Source of the DNA: an uncultured Elusimicrobia bacterium
GTDB taxonomy: Bacteria; Elusimicrobiota; Elusimicrobia; 2-01-FULL-59-12
DNA: 64,000 nucleotides
Assembly: GCA_963702895.1 (NCBI GenBank)
Contig: OY969767.1
Location: 2,592,001 to 2,656,000, forward strand
Reading direction: 5' to 3'
The notes below the pieces were generated by a model that searched no databases, was not told the DNA's origin, and saw only the letters and a list, made by a program, of their open reading frames with translations. Both the position numbers and the translations under genes were made by a program. Positions 1 to 9,194 of this stretch are shown here, in pieces. The stretch's first letter is position 1. Each line of letters begins with the position of its first letter.

Positions 1-1
1 G

Positions 2-811
2 ACCAACCTCGATCAAGAACTGTTCAGAAAGTTCCGCCTCGAGCCGACCCATGCGTCTCTTGAAATCTCCGGGCTTAAGCCAGCGTATCCCTTTTTCATC
101 AACGGTGTCGTCACGATTGGCGAGGGGCTCCGGCATGGCCAATACGGCATCATCGCCTATTCGGGCAAACGGGAGATTTTCCGACAGGTCCCGCTCGTGG
201 ATGTGGTCAAGCCCACGGTCGGCAGGACGGGAACCATTCATAAAGTCGAGGCTCCCGAGAAAGCCCACCGACCGGGCGATGCTCTCGATCTGCTCATCGC
301 GGGGAGTGCCTATGCCCCCGACGTGGCGTCTCTATTGACGCTTCGTATCTCCCCTTTCGCTATGGGGGACGCCAAGATCACCTATGTGTCCGCCGGGCTC
401 TTGCAGGCGTCGCTGAGGATCCCTTCTGAGGCGCCGGTCGGCATTTATGATGTGAGTGTTTTAGCCCAGGGCAAGCTCTTGCATGAGCAGCGCAGTGTCT
501 TTGGGATTGTTCCACCCAACTGGCTGGGCGCAGTCAAATCGGTCGGTGCGCTGATGGCGGGCCAAACCGGACAAATCACCATTCTCGGGAGGGATATCAC
601 CGAGGATTACGCTGCGCGGCTGCGGCTGGGCGCGGACACCGAAGGTTTAACGATCTCGAACCTGCGCAGGCAAAGCCCTACGGCGCTGATCGCTGACATC
701 CGTGTGGCCCCGGATGTCGCTCCCGGAGACTACATCATTCATGTCTTGGAGGGTGATCGTGAGCTCAAGATCCCGCGTGGGAACATCGTCAAGGTGACAG
801 GCTCCCCCTGA
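2..811 (+). CDS. Ig-like/IPT-repeat protein, 5' truncated by the window edge
   Basis: Frame is open from nt 2 to the stop at 811. Repeated beta-rich units (IPSEAPVGIYDVSV; VAPDVAPGDYIIHV). Confidence 0.65.
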   Translation, partial: TNLDQELFRKFRLEPTHASLEISGLKPAYPFFINGVVTIGEGLRHGQYGIIAYSGKREIFRQVPLVDVVKPTVGRTGTIHKVEAPEKAHRPGDALDLLIAGSAYAPDVASLLTLRISPFAMGDAKITYVSAGLLQASLRIPSEAPVGIYDVSVLAQGKLLHEQRSVFGIVPPNWLGAVKSVGALMAGQTGQITILGRDITEDYAARLRLGADTEGLTISNLRRQSPTALIADIRVAPDVAPGDYIIHVLEGDRELKIPRGNIVKVTGSP

Positions 812-1214
812 AGGCTCCGAACCGCGTGAGCGGCCAGAAGCGGCGCGTGAGAACACCCACGATTTCGGCGCGGGGGACGGGACCCCACCGCCGACTGTCC
901 AGACTGTCATCGCGAGCGTCCCCCAGAACGCAATAGACGCCTTCTCCCAAAGTCCAATCGTAATCAGGCATGGGTTGAAGGTATGTCGCGGCCTCAATAT
1001 AAGGTTCATCAACGTGCTTCCCATCGACCAGAACCCTGCCAGCCCGAAGCGCGACGTGTTCGCAGGGCAGGCCGAGCACGCGCTTCACAGATAGACCCGA
1101 CTTCTTGATGAGGACGATTTCCCCGCGTCGCAAGGGCGCGCGCTGGAGGGCCCAGAACACATCTCCGGGCTTGAGGGCGGGCAACATGCTTCGTCCGCGA
1201 ACGCGGACGAGCAT
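789..1214 (-). CDS. sodX: Signal peptidase I-like (S26) protease, probable NiSOD maturation protease
   Basis: GRSMLPAL..GD catalytic Ser, VKRV Lys, GDARDDSLDSR motif. Lies 3 nt downstream of sodN. Confidence 0.85.
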   Translation of the reverse strand: MLVRVRGRSMLPALKPGDVFWALQRAPLRRGEIVLIKKSGLSVKRVLGLPCEHVALRAGRVLVDGKHVDEPYIEAATYLQPMPDYDWTLGEGVYCVLGDARDDSLDSRRWGPVPRAEIVGVLTRRFWPLTRFGAFRGSLSP

Positions 1215-1217
1215 GGA

Positions 1218-1667
1218 TTACTTCTTGGCCGCGGCGACGGCCTTGTGGAACATGTCCGCGATGCGTGCGACGGCGATTTGGAGCTCTTCGGCTTTGGCCA
1301 GGTCGACGTTTTGCTTGCAGTAGGACAGGAGCTTGGCCGTGTTCCAGAAAGTGTTGTGCAGCTCAGGGAACATCTCGAGATGTTGCGGTTTAAAAAAGTC
1401 TGTCCAGAGAATGAGGATCTCGGTTTTGCAGAGGCGTGCGTGCTCTTCCTTCACCTGCACCATGCGCGTGACCGTATTTTCGTAGGCACGCTGCTCTTCT
1501 GGTTTCGCGCTGGCGGCAGGCACAGGCAAATCCATGATCTTTTTGGTCAAGGAAAGGACCGTCTTGGCCGCGATTTGCGCGGAAGCCGGGTCATACACAC
1601 CACAAGGGACGTCACAATGCGCATCAACCGTCTCTACGGTGAACCAACGGGCCATGTGCTTGAGCAT
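1218..1667 (-). CDS. sodN: Nickel superoxide dismutase precursor
   Basis: Ni-hook HCDVPCGVYDP after a short propeptide; ILWTDFFK motif. ATG at 1667 is preceded by AGGAG. Confidence 0.95.
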   Translation of the reverse strand: MLKHMARWFTVETVDAHCDVPCGVYDPASAQIAAKTVLSLTKKIMDLPVPAASAKPEEQRAYENTVTRMVQVKEEHARLCKTEILILWTDFFKPQHLEMFPELHNTFWNTAKLLSYCKQNVDLAKAEELQIAVARIADMFHKAVAAAKK

Positions 1668-1886
1668 AAAGGTCTCCTTTTTCTTGGTTTTGACGAACTC
1701 ATTATATACCGGTTTTGGGTGTGCTTTTAGCGCCATCGGCCGGATTTTCAAGGCCAGCGGGCAAACGTCTTTTTCGTCAGAGATGATGGCCCTGCAAATT
1801 CATCCAAGTTCACATCTCTTAACTTCCCGTGACCTCGCGTAAACGGCATTGCATTCGGCGGCTGGGCAAGCTATCTAGAGAGTGCT

Positions 1887-2375
1887 ATGTGGAAGCTCTG
1901 GGTTCTTGTTGCGGTGATCTCCTTCCTTGGCGCCCCTTCGCAAGCCGCCAGAGACGCGTCCTGTGGAACGAACCAAACCAAAGTGATCGAGGCCCGAGCG
2001 CAGTGCGTCGACAAGGGAGGTATTAGCATTGGCGCCGAGAGTGAAGGGGACCCCCGATTGGCCTGCCTGGAAAGCAAAACCGTTCAGAGCCGATGCGGCC
2101 AGGATGGGAGCCTCGCTCGCTTGCGGGCGTTCCAGCGCTGGCTGAAGCAGGTGAAAGAGTTTGAGGCGTTATGCTCCTCCGGTGGAGGATCTTTTTCCTA
2201 TGAGGATCCTCATTTCGTTGAGCCTTCCAATGAATCCTATTGCCGCCAGGCTGTGCCAAGAGCGAGTTCCAACATGTTCGAAGAAACCTTGTGTAATTTC
2301 GAAAGCGCCTGCCCGCCGGTCAAAGTCTCTTGTGAGCACGCTTGTTCGGAAACACCCGTCGCTTCTTTATTCTAA
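1887..2375 (+). CDS. Secreted cysteine-rich hypothetical protein
   Basis: Signal peptide (MWKLWVLVAVISFLGAPSQA) and 10 Cys. Confidence 0.7.
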   Translation: MWKLWVLVAVISFLGAPSQAARDASCGTNQTKVIEARAQCVDKGGISIGAESEGDPRLACLESKTVQSRCGQDGSLARLRAFQRWLKQVKEFEALCSSGGGSFSYEDPHFVEPSNESYCRQAVPRASSNMFEETLCNFESACPPVKVSCEHACSETPVASLF

Positions 2376-3646
2376 GGAATGCGGGAAGAGGAAGCTTTGA
2401 TGGGGTGGGGGCTTGCCGCCGTCAGCTCTTGGGCAATGAAGGACGCTCCGATGACTTGTTTGGTCGAGTCCAGGATGGGGGCCACGCGAACAAAAGCTCG
2501 TACGGAGCGCCCATTTTTGGCCTGATGGACGGTCTCAAAAGGCATGATGCGCTCACCCTTGCGTAAGCGCATGAGATTGAGAATCATCTCGGTTTTGCCA
2601 ACTCCATCGGTTAGGATTTCGATGGGACTCCCCTTCACTTCTTCTGCCGAATAACCGTAGAGCCTTTGCGCGCCTTTGTTCCAGCTCAGAATTTTACCCT
2701 CTAAATTATGGCTGATGATCGCATCCCCTGAGGATTCGACGAGAGCGGCGAGGTGATAGACAAGATTTTCTGAGCGCGCAAGCACTTGGATGAGCCGCCC
2801 CACGGCCTGGGAGAGTCGCCCCACCTCATCCGATGCCCAATGATCTGGAACGCGCGAGAGATCCCCCGTTGAGGCGGCCTCAACAGACTGCAAGATGTCC
2901 ACCAGCGGCTTGGCAATCTCCGTGCGGGTTCGCACATGCGCCATGAAGGCGAGCCCCCCCGCCCCAAACAACAGGAAGGTCATCAGGATGGGATACAGGA
3001 TGGCCCTCGGCGACGCTTCGGTGACTTGTTGACCGGCCCCCAGCGCTTTTTCCAAGGACTCTTTCCTGCTCACAAAGCGCTCATACGCTTGCTGAGCTTG
3101 ACTTTCGGCCCGCTGAACCGTGCTCGCCTGCTGCTTGTACTCCTCGATTTGCGCGCGCGGCAGATCGATTTTGCGGCGGGAGCGCTGCACCAGAAGTTCC
3201 AACGAAGCGTCCAGCGTCTGTGTTGCCATGGCCAGAGATTTCCTTGCCAGGGTGGTCTCGAGCTCTGCCTCGAGCAAATTGACAGAGGCGTCTCGCAAAG
3301 ACTGATGGGCCAGTTGGAGATTGGCCGCCGCTTCCTTATTGCCATCCTGGGTGAGCTGGGCGCTCAGCTTAGCAACGAGTTCGCTCACCTGCTTGCCTTC
3401 GTCCTTGACCCGTTCCAGCGATTTGGCGTCATGGGTCTGCCGGTAAGAACACAGCGCGGCATAGATTCCCTGAATGTGCATTTTGGCGTCCAGAAGGGTG
3501 TCCGGCGCCGCAGGCGAGGGATTCACGGAAGAGCGGAACGCAAGCCAAAAGAGGACCCCGATCGCTGAAAACAGAGTGCCGGCAAAACACAGGGACCAGC
3601 GGGACTTGCTCAGAATAGAGCGCGATTGATGGAGTGGTTTTCTCAC
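2372..3646 (-). CDS. Membrane sensor with HAMP and PAS domains, no output domain
   Basis: Two TM segments, HAMP (KPL...GDLS...DEVGRLSQA), PAS (LVESSGDAII...WNKGAQRLYGY). Confidence 0.85.
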   Translation of the reverse strand: MRKPLHQSRSILSKSRWSLCFAGTLFSAIGVLFWLAFRSSVNPSPAAPDTLLDAKMHIQGIYAALCSYRQTHDAKSLERVKDEGKQVSELVAKLSAQLTQDGNKEAAANLQLAHQSLRDASVNLLEAELETTLARKSLAMATQTLDASLELLVQRSRRKIDLPRAQIEEYKQQASTVQRAESQAQQAYERFVSRKESLEKALGAGQQVTEASPRAILYPILMTFLLFGAGGLAFMAHVRTRTEIAKPLVDILQSVEAASTGDLSRVPDHWASDEVGRLSQAVGRLIQVLARSENLVYHLAALVESSGDAIISHNLEGKILSWNKGAQRLYGYSAEEVKGSPIEILTDGVGKTEMILNLMRLRKGERIMPFETVHQAKNGRSVRAFVRVAPILDSTKQVIGASFIAQELTAASPHPIKASSSRIP

Positions 3647-3748
3647 GCCCTATACCTAACAAGCTCAAAGAGTCGGTTCAACAATTATTTACATGGGAGA
3701 CGCTATGCGAATATTCGTGTCGATAAATAGATGCTATTGTGACGTAAA

Positions 3749-4105
3749 TTATTGGTCAAGCAATTCGTTAATTATGCGGACGAGCTGGGGTGGGTCTACG
3801 GGCTTGGTGAGAACGCGGTTTACGGATGCCTCGCAGGGCGGTATATCATGACTTTGCTGGCCGGTCAGCAGGATGACTTTTAACTTTGGACAGAGGCGCC
3901 GTAACTCGAATGCCAGCTGATTGCCTTGGGTGTCGGGCAGGCTGTAATCCAGAATGGCCAAATCCACGGACTTCCGGCCAATCTGTTCTTTGGCCGAGGC
4001 GGCCGAATCGGCCTTCGTGATCAGAAAACCCGCATCCTCCAGCACGTCCGCGGCGGTTTCGAGGATGTTCGGGTCATCATCGACAAGGAGGACCGAGATC
4101 GCCAC
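3749..4105 (-). CDS. Single-domain response regulator
   Basis: VLLVDDD, ILDYSLPD, LLTG, TKP. GTG start just after the upstream stop. Confidence 0.9.
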   Translation of the reverse strand: MAISVLLVDDDPNILETAADVLEDAGFLITKADSAASAKEQIGRKSVDLAILDYSLPDTQGNQLAFELRRLCPKLKVILLTGQQSHDIPPCEASVNRVLTKPVDPPQLVRIINELLDQ

Positions 4106-4109
4106 CGGT

Positions 4110-5522
4110 TTATTTCCGATTCTTCTTTGCGGGGGCTCGAATGGCCCGCAGTGCGACATCCGCGCCAGGCACTTTTTCTTCCCGGGCGCGCTGGAGCGCG
4201 GGGATGGCGGGGCGCGCCCGGGTCCCCAGGTGCATCAGGACGTGGGCCGCGCGACTGCGAACGTCGATGTCTTTGTCTTGCTGGACCAGATGCATCATCG
4301 AATAGACTACGGCTTCGTCGAAAAGACCGACCAGCCCTAAAACATTCTCCGCGCAGAGGGCCGTGTCATCATCGCGCCTTAAATCGCCTATTAAGAGGGC
4401 GGTGGAGACGCGGTCCCACGCGCCTGATTCAATAAGGGTTCCGGCGGCCCGGCAGCGCACGCCCGGATCGACGTCCCTTTGTGCGCGAGCGACCTTCAGC
4501 AGAATCTCTGGCGAGCTCTGCCCGCTTCGTCGGAGCGCTTCGAGGCCCAATCGACGAACCTGGGGCTCCTGATCGCGCATCATCCTTAAAATCAAGGGAA
4601 GAGACTTACGTCCGTGCGAGACATTTTTCCTGAGGGTCTTTGCCGCTTCCAGACGCACAGCGGGCAGGCTGGCATGAAGCGCACCGCCTAAGACGGTTTC
4701 AGGGTTTGCTTCTGGTGTTTGGGGGAGCTCCAACGCTTTCGCAAGGGAGTCGCGCGTGTTGTGATCGGGATCGCGGCTTAGCGCCGTCAAGACAGCCTGG
4801 ATGGTCTCGGGCGTTCGGACGCCGGAGAGCGCGAGCACATGGGCCGCTTTACGCCGGACTTCGACAGACCCGCTCTCGAGAAGTTCGATCACCGCGGGAT
4901 GAACGCTCGGGACCCCTGAAGCAAGCGAAGCCAGGGCTTCCTCAAAGCAACCCGGCGTAACGTCCTGCTGCTTAAGATACCCCAACAGAAGAGGCACCGC
5001 CTCCTTCGCGACGGGCCCCATTTTCCCTATGGAGATGGCGGATTCGCAGCGAACCGTTTCGCGCGGGTCTTGAAGAGACCGTAAAAGAGAGGGGAGCTGC
5101 TGCGCGTCGGGCGCGCCAATTTCCGAGAGGGCTACGCGCGCGGCCTGCGCCACGTCCTTTTCTTTAGCGCTGACGCACTGAAGAAGAAATGGAATCGCTT
5201 GCTGGGCGGAAGGGCCGATGAGGGCGAGCGAAATGGCCGCCCATTTCTTCTCAAAGGCATTGTCTTGCTGCAAGGCGGGGATGAGCTTGCTGGCGACACT
5301 CCTTTTCCGGTCCGCGTCGAGCCCGAGGAGCTCCTGCTGGGCCCGTTTCCGAATGGGCTCATTCTGGGACACGAGCCTCTGCTCAATGGGGACGGTGCTG
5401 CGGAAGAGATAGTCATTGCCAGCGATAATCCAGACGAGAGCAACCAGGACACCGAGCTGCAGCAAGGCAAATCCGATAAAACGCTTGGTAATGAGACGAG
5501 ACGAAGAAGCGAGAGGGCTCAA
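4110..5522 (-). CDS. Membrane-anchored HEAT-repeat protein
   Basis: N-terminal TM, then repeated VR..AA..L..IGP.A..A(I/V)P.L units. Confidence 0.85.
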   Translation of the reverse strand: MSPLASSSRLITKRFIGFALLQLGVLVALVWIIAGNDYLFRSTVPIEQRLVSQNEPIRKRAQQELLGLDADRKRSVASKLIPALQQDNAFEKKWAAISLALIGPSAQQAIPFLLQCVSAKEKDVAQAARVALSEIGAPDAQQLPSLLRSLQDPRETVRCESAISIGKMGPVAKEAVPLLLGYLKQQDVTPGCFEEALASLASGVPSVHPAVIELLESGSVEVRRKAAHVLALSGVRTPETIQAVLTALSRDPDHNTRDSLAKALELPQTPEANPETVLGGALHASLPAVRLEAAKTLRKNVSHGRKSLPLILRMMRDQEPQVRRLGLEALRRSGQSSPEILLKVARAQRDVDPGVRCRAAGTLIESGAWDRVSTALLIGDLRRDDDTALCAENVLGLVGLFDEAVVYSMMHLVQQDKDIDVRSRAAHVLMHLGTRARPAIPALQRAREEKVPGADVALRAIRAPAKKNRK

Positions 5523-5525
5523 GGG

Positions 5526-6122
5526 CTATTCGGGTCTTGCGGCTTTGGATACGCGTTCGATTTGTGCAGCGTAGAGCTCCTTGCCCACATAGCGAACGAT
5601 GAGCTCATCGTTGTAGCCCAGCTCATCGATGCCGATCGCTTTCCCATTGTCAACGATCAGACTGCTGGGATCGTAAGTGAGTTCGATATTGAAGCCGCCC
5701 TCGACCACCAGGCGGAGGGTTCTTGGATCATAACTTTTTGAGAGAAGTTTTCCTCGCACCTCATTGAGTCTCAAGCGCTGCGTCATGGGCGTTAAAACGC
5801 CCGTCTTAGGGGCTGGCTTAGGGGTCGCTTTCGCGGGTTGTTCCGCCGGGGAAACGGGCGGCGCGGTTTCTTGGTGCGGGATTGGATCCACTTCCTTTGT
5901 GGTGGTCGTCGATGCTTCTATTTCGGGCTCTTCGATGGGCTTGTCTGTCTTGGCGGACGGTGCCCAGCGGTCAGCGTCTGCGGAAGCGTCGCGTGCTGCG
6001 GCTTTGTCCACCTCCCGCGTGGAGTCCTCGACCTCCGGCGGTTTCTTTTCGAGAGCGGATGCCGCAAGAGCCGCCCAAGGGCTCAGCAAGAGGCCCCCCA
6101 TGATCAACCAGATTTTTTTCAT
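5526..6122 (-). CDS. Secreted hypothetical protein with Pro/Ala/Thr-rich linker and C-terminal beta domain
   Basis: Signal peptide, low-complexity linker, beta-rich C-terminus. Confidence 0.7.
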   Translation of the reverse strand: MKKIWLIMGGLLLSPWAALAASALEKKPPEVEDSTREVDKAAARDASADADRWAPSAKTDKPIEEPEIEASTTTTKEVDPIPHQETAPPVSPAEQPAKATPKPAPKTGVLTPMTQRLRLNEVRGKLLSKSYDPRTLRLVVEGGFNIELTYDPSSLIVDNGKAIGIDELGYNDELIVRYVGKELYAAQIERVSKAARPE

Positions 6123-6164
6123 ATTAAGACGTCTTAGGCTTCTTATCAGAAACCTCTCTTTTTA

Positions 6165-6560
6165 TCAAGTATTTCTTGATTCCCGGCGCCTTAGAATGGC
6201 GGCGATGCGGGCTGCGAGTTCCTGTGGATCAAAGGGTTTCACGAGATAATCATCGGCTCCTGCGGAGAGAACTTCCACTTTTTCCCTCGGTTGACCTTTG
6301 GCGGTGAGAAAGAGAAACGGCACGTCGTTCTGCTCCGCCCGAAGGCGGCGGCAAAACGTCAATCCATCAACGCGCGGCATGACCACATCGCAAACGATGA
6401 TATGGGGCTGAAAATCCGCGATCGCTTCATGGGCCGCCTGACCATCGCAAGCGGTTTTCACGTTGTATCCCTGGCGCTCCAGACGTAACGTGAGAAGCTC
6501 CACGATCATGGGGTCATCGTCGACGAGCAGCAGCCGCCATGGCGAAGCGCCCGGAGGCAT
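6165..6560 (-). CDS. Single-domain response regulator (OmpR-like receiver)
   Basis: LLVDDD, DVVMP, FLTAK, GADDYLVKPF. No DNA-binding domain. Confidence 0.9.
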   Translation of the reverse strand: MPPGASPWRLLLVDDDPMIVELLTLRLERQGYNVKTACDGQAAHEAIADFQPHIIVCDVVMPRVDGLTFCRRLRAEQNDVPFLFLTAKGQPREKVEVLSAGADDYLVKPFDPQELAARIAAILRRRESRNT

Positions 6561-8026
6561 CAGCTTTCCTCCGATGAAAAGACCTTCTTGAAATAATCGG
6601 CTTCCTGCGCGGCATCTTCTGGAAATGCGGTCACGCTGTAAGTGAGAGACGCTCCTGATCGCTGGAGCCGCCGGGCGAGGTCTTTTCTGGCCGTTTCCAG
6701 CACGTGGTTGGCGATCCTCTCCGCCTCGCGCTTGACCGTGCTTTGCAACCCGACATAGAGGGCATCAACGTCTCTGACCACAAGATCGCTCATGCGTCCC
6801 GTAGAACGCCGCACCAAGTTCTCGAGCTCGCTCAAGAGCCCCGCCATCTCGAGGCTCTCTTTCGAATCCTCCCCTTGTAATTGGAAAGTCACGGCGGAGA
6901 GGCTCCCGCCCCGCCTTGCCACATCATGAAAAAGCGTCGAGAGTTGTTCAAGAAAGACGGTCCGTCCTGATTGCCTTGGCAGAGCAAACACGATGCGGGA
7001 GCCTTGGCCAGCCCCGCCACTTTCTGCCCAAATACGACCCTTATGAAGTTCGACAATGCCGCGCGAGATGGACAGCCCAAGCCCTGTACCTTTTTCGCCC
7101 GTAAAGGAGGCGTGCCCCAACTGCTCAAATTTCACAAAGATCTTCTCCAGGTCCTGCTGGGAGATGCCGATGCCGGTGTCCGAAACGCAGCACACCGCCT
7201 CGTTGGGGTGACTGATGATTTCAATCTGAATATGCCCCTTTTCCGTGTATTTGAAGGAATTGCCCACCAGGTTGGTGACGACTTGGACAATTCGGTCGCG
7301 GTCGGCATAGACGCTCACGGGCCCTGCGGGCGTTGTGACACGGAGGTCGATCCTGCGATCTTCTGAGAGCGCCTGAAAGGCGCTCGCGACATCGCGCGCG
7401 ATCGCACTCATATCGAGACGCTGGCGCTTCAGTGTGATTTTCCCGGATTCGATCTTGGAGATGTCTAAGAGGTCGTCGATCATCCTCCCCATGCGCTCAA
7501 TGCCTGAGAGCGCCAGCGTCAAAGCGCGCTTCTGGGCCTCATTGATTTCTCCTCTTAGGCCTTCCGAGACCTGAGAGATCCCTTCACGAATCACCGTCAT
7601 GGGCGTGCGAAGCTCGTGCGAGACATTCGTGACAAACTCCTGCTGCAGGTTCTGGAGGCGCTTGCGTTCCTCGATATCGTGAAAAAGCAGGCAGGCCAGT
7701 TCCCGGTCATCGGGCTTGACCCGATAGGCGACGATGTCCACTTGGACGGCGCGCCCCGTTCCGGACTGCACTTGGAACTCGAAGGCGAAATGACCACTCG
7801 TGCGGATTTCTTTCCAAAGCTCCTTCCATAGAACGGGGACCATTTCCGGCGCGATGTGAAAGATGTCCAGACGGAAGAGCTGCTCGGGGCTCTGGCCGAG
7901 CGTCCGCAAGGCGCTCTCGTTGGCGAAGAGGGCATGCCCCTCCGTATCGAGACATAAGAGGCCCTCTGAGGTTTTCTCCGCCACGAAATGAGAGAGGGCC
8001 ATTTTTTCTTGCGCGGAAAGGGTCAT
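6560..8026 (-). CDS. PAS-domain histidine kinase with degenerate GGDEF-like C-terminus
   Basis: H-box SHELRTP, N-box NLVGNSFKY, DTGIG, GTGLGL. ATG overlaps the upstream stop (ATGA). Confidence 0.92.
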   Translation of the reverse strand: MTLSAQEKMALSHFVAEKTSEGLLCLDTEGHALFANESALRTLGQSPEQLFRLDIFHIAPEMVPVLWKELWKEIRTSGHFAFEFQVQSGTGRAVQVDIVAYRVKPDDRELACLLFHDIEERKRLQNLQQEFVTNVSHELRTPMTVIREGISQVSEGLRGEINEAQKRALTLALSGIERMGRMIDDLLDISKIESGKITLKRQRLDMSAIARDVASAFQALSEDRRIDLRVTTPAGPVSVYADRDRIVQVVTNLVGNSFKYTEKGHIQIEIISHPNEAVCCVSDTGIGISQQDLEKIFVKFEQLGHASFTGEKGTGLGLSISRGIVELHKGRIWAESGGAGQGSRIVFALPRQSGRTVFLEQLSTLFHDVARRGGSLSAVTFQLQGEDSKESLEMAGLLSELENLVRRSTGRMSDLVVRDVDALYVGLQSTVKREAERIANHVLETARKDLARRLQRSGASLTYSVTAFPEDAAQEADYFKKVFSSEES

Positions 8027-8406
8027 GGGGTCAGGCTTTTGGGTTTCCTTGATAAATACCGGCGAGCCAGCTGCATCAATTCCTTGGGGTCCCAGGGTTT
8101 GGTGAGATAGGCGTCTGCTCCGCACGCTTTCCCATATTCTTCCTGCAGCGGCTGGGAGCATCCGGTCAGGATGATGATAGGGATGGCCTTGGTGCGTCTT
8201 TCGGCTTTGAGTGTTCTGCACAACTCCCAGCCATCGATCTTCGGGATTCGAATGTCCAGCAGGATGAGATCGGGTTTTCGGAGGGCTTGGAGGAACCCGT
8301 CGTCCCCATCGTGGGCTTCGACGACTTCGTAGCCAGCCTTGGTAAAACGAAAGCGCAGCATTTCAAGGGCATGCGGATCATCCTCGATCAAAAGGATTTT
8401 AGCCAT
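8023..8406 (-). CDS. Single-domain response regulator
   Basis: ILLIEDD, LLDIRIP, ILTG, YLTKPW. Confidence 0.92.
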   Translation of the reverse strand: MAKILLIEDDPHALEMLRFRFTKAGYEVVEAHDGDDGFLQALRKPDLILLDIRIPKIDGWELCRTLKAERRTKAIPIIILTGCSQPLQEEYGKACGADAYLTKPWDPKELMQLARRYLSRKPKSLTP

Positions 8407-8415
8407 GGCTTCCCT

Positions 8416-8444
8416 AATATAGGGCGGGCCCCGGCGATTTTCAA
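8416..8444 (-). promoter_or_regulatory. Sigma70-type promoter of the RR-HK-RR operon
   Basis: TTGAAA-17 nt-TATATT, 9 nt upstream of ATG 8406. Confidence 0.55.
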
Positions 8445-8450
8445 GGCCAT

Positions 8451-9194
8451 TTATTGCTGGGATGGGCCCACAAAAGCTTCGCGGCTGATGCGGAGATTGT
8501 CAAAGACGGCCTTCGAATTGGCTTTGGTGAAAATTCCCAACTGCCCTGGCCTGACGTGGCCTTTCGTTGCCCCGCCCATCACAAGCTGTTTATCCAAGAC
8601 CACGGTGTAGTTCTGGTGGGTAAACACCATGCGAAGATCGTGCCATGTGTAAGGAGTGATGATCACGCCCCGACGATCGACAATTTTACGCTTGCCGCGC
8701 TTCACCCGATAGAGCGTACAGGCGTCTTCTCGTGAGCTGGCTTCGAGAGCGAGGTAATTTTTAGAGTCCTCGTACAGGTAGAGGATCCCGATGGTCTGGT
8801 CATCATCGGTCGAAAGCGTTTTGAAGAACACGGCGACCTCCCCGTGCTCGAGCCGACTCTCCGCCAGCAAGACAATCGCAGCGTGATCTCCAGGGTTGGC
8901 GCTGCCGCTTTGCGCCAGAACATGGGGCCGCGAAGGGGCATCGCGAGCTTCCTTGATTTCCCATTGGGCCTCCGGAGCTTCGCCGAGCGCGGCGATGGTA
9001 AAACGGGGAGGGGGAGGACCGGGGCGTTCTTGGTCAAAATTGAACACCGTCATGGGGGCTGGGAGAGCGTTCTTCGGCAGAGCCGACTCTTCGACGAGCT
9101 TGTATTCTCGCCCCATGGCAAGCGATGCGCAAAGGCCTGCCACAAGCGCGAGTCCGAACGAAGGAAGAGAGACCTTAACTCTTTTTTCTGTCAT
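8451..9194 (-). CDS. Secreted beta-sandwich protein (DUF1080/concanavalin-like)
   Basis: Signal peptide; WHDLRMVF...VLD and G.LGIFTKA...FDNLRI patterns. Confidence 0.7.
   Translation of the reverse strand: MTEKRVKVSLPSFGLALVAGLCASLAMGREYKLVEESALPKNALPAPMTVFNFDQERPGPPPPRFTIAALGEAPEAQWEIKEARDAPSRPHVLAQSGSANPGDHAAIVLLAESRLEHGEVAVFFKTLSTDDDQTIGILYLYEDSKNYLALEASSREDACTLYRVKRGKRKIVDRRGVIITPYTWHDLRMVFTHQNYTVVLDKQLVMGGATKGHVRPGQLGIFTKANSKAVFDNLRISREAFVGPSQQ

Noticed and set aside
3647..3748. AT-rich intergenic palindrome CGAATATTCG and TGTGA half-site
   Set aside because: Plausible operator, but a single short instance cannot be assigned.
6334..6349. TCCGCC...GGCGG hairpin in a response regulator
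   Set aside because: No CG duplication and normal protein length; probably chance.
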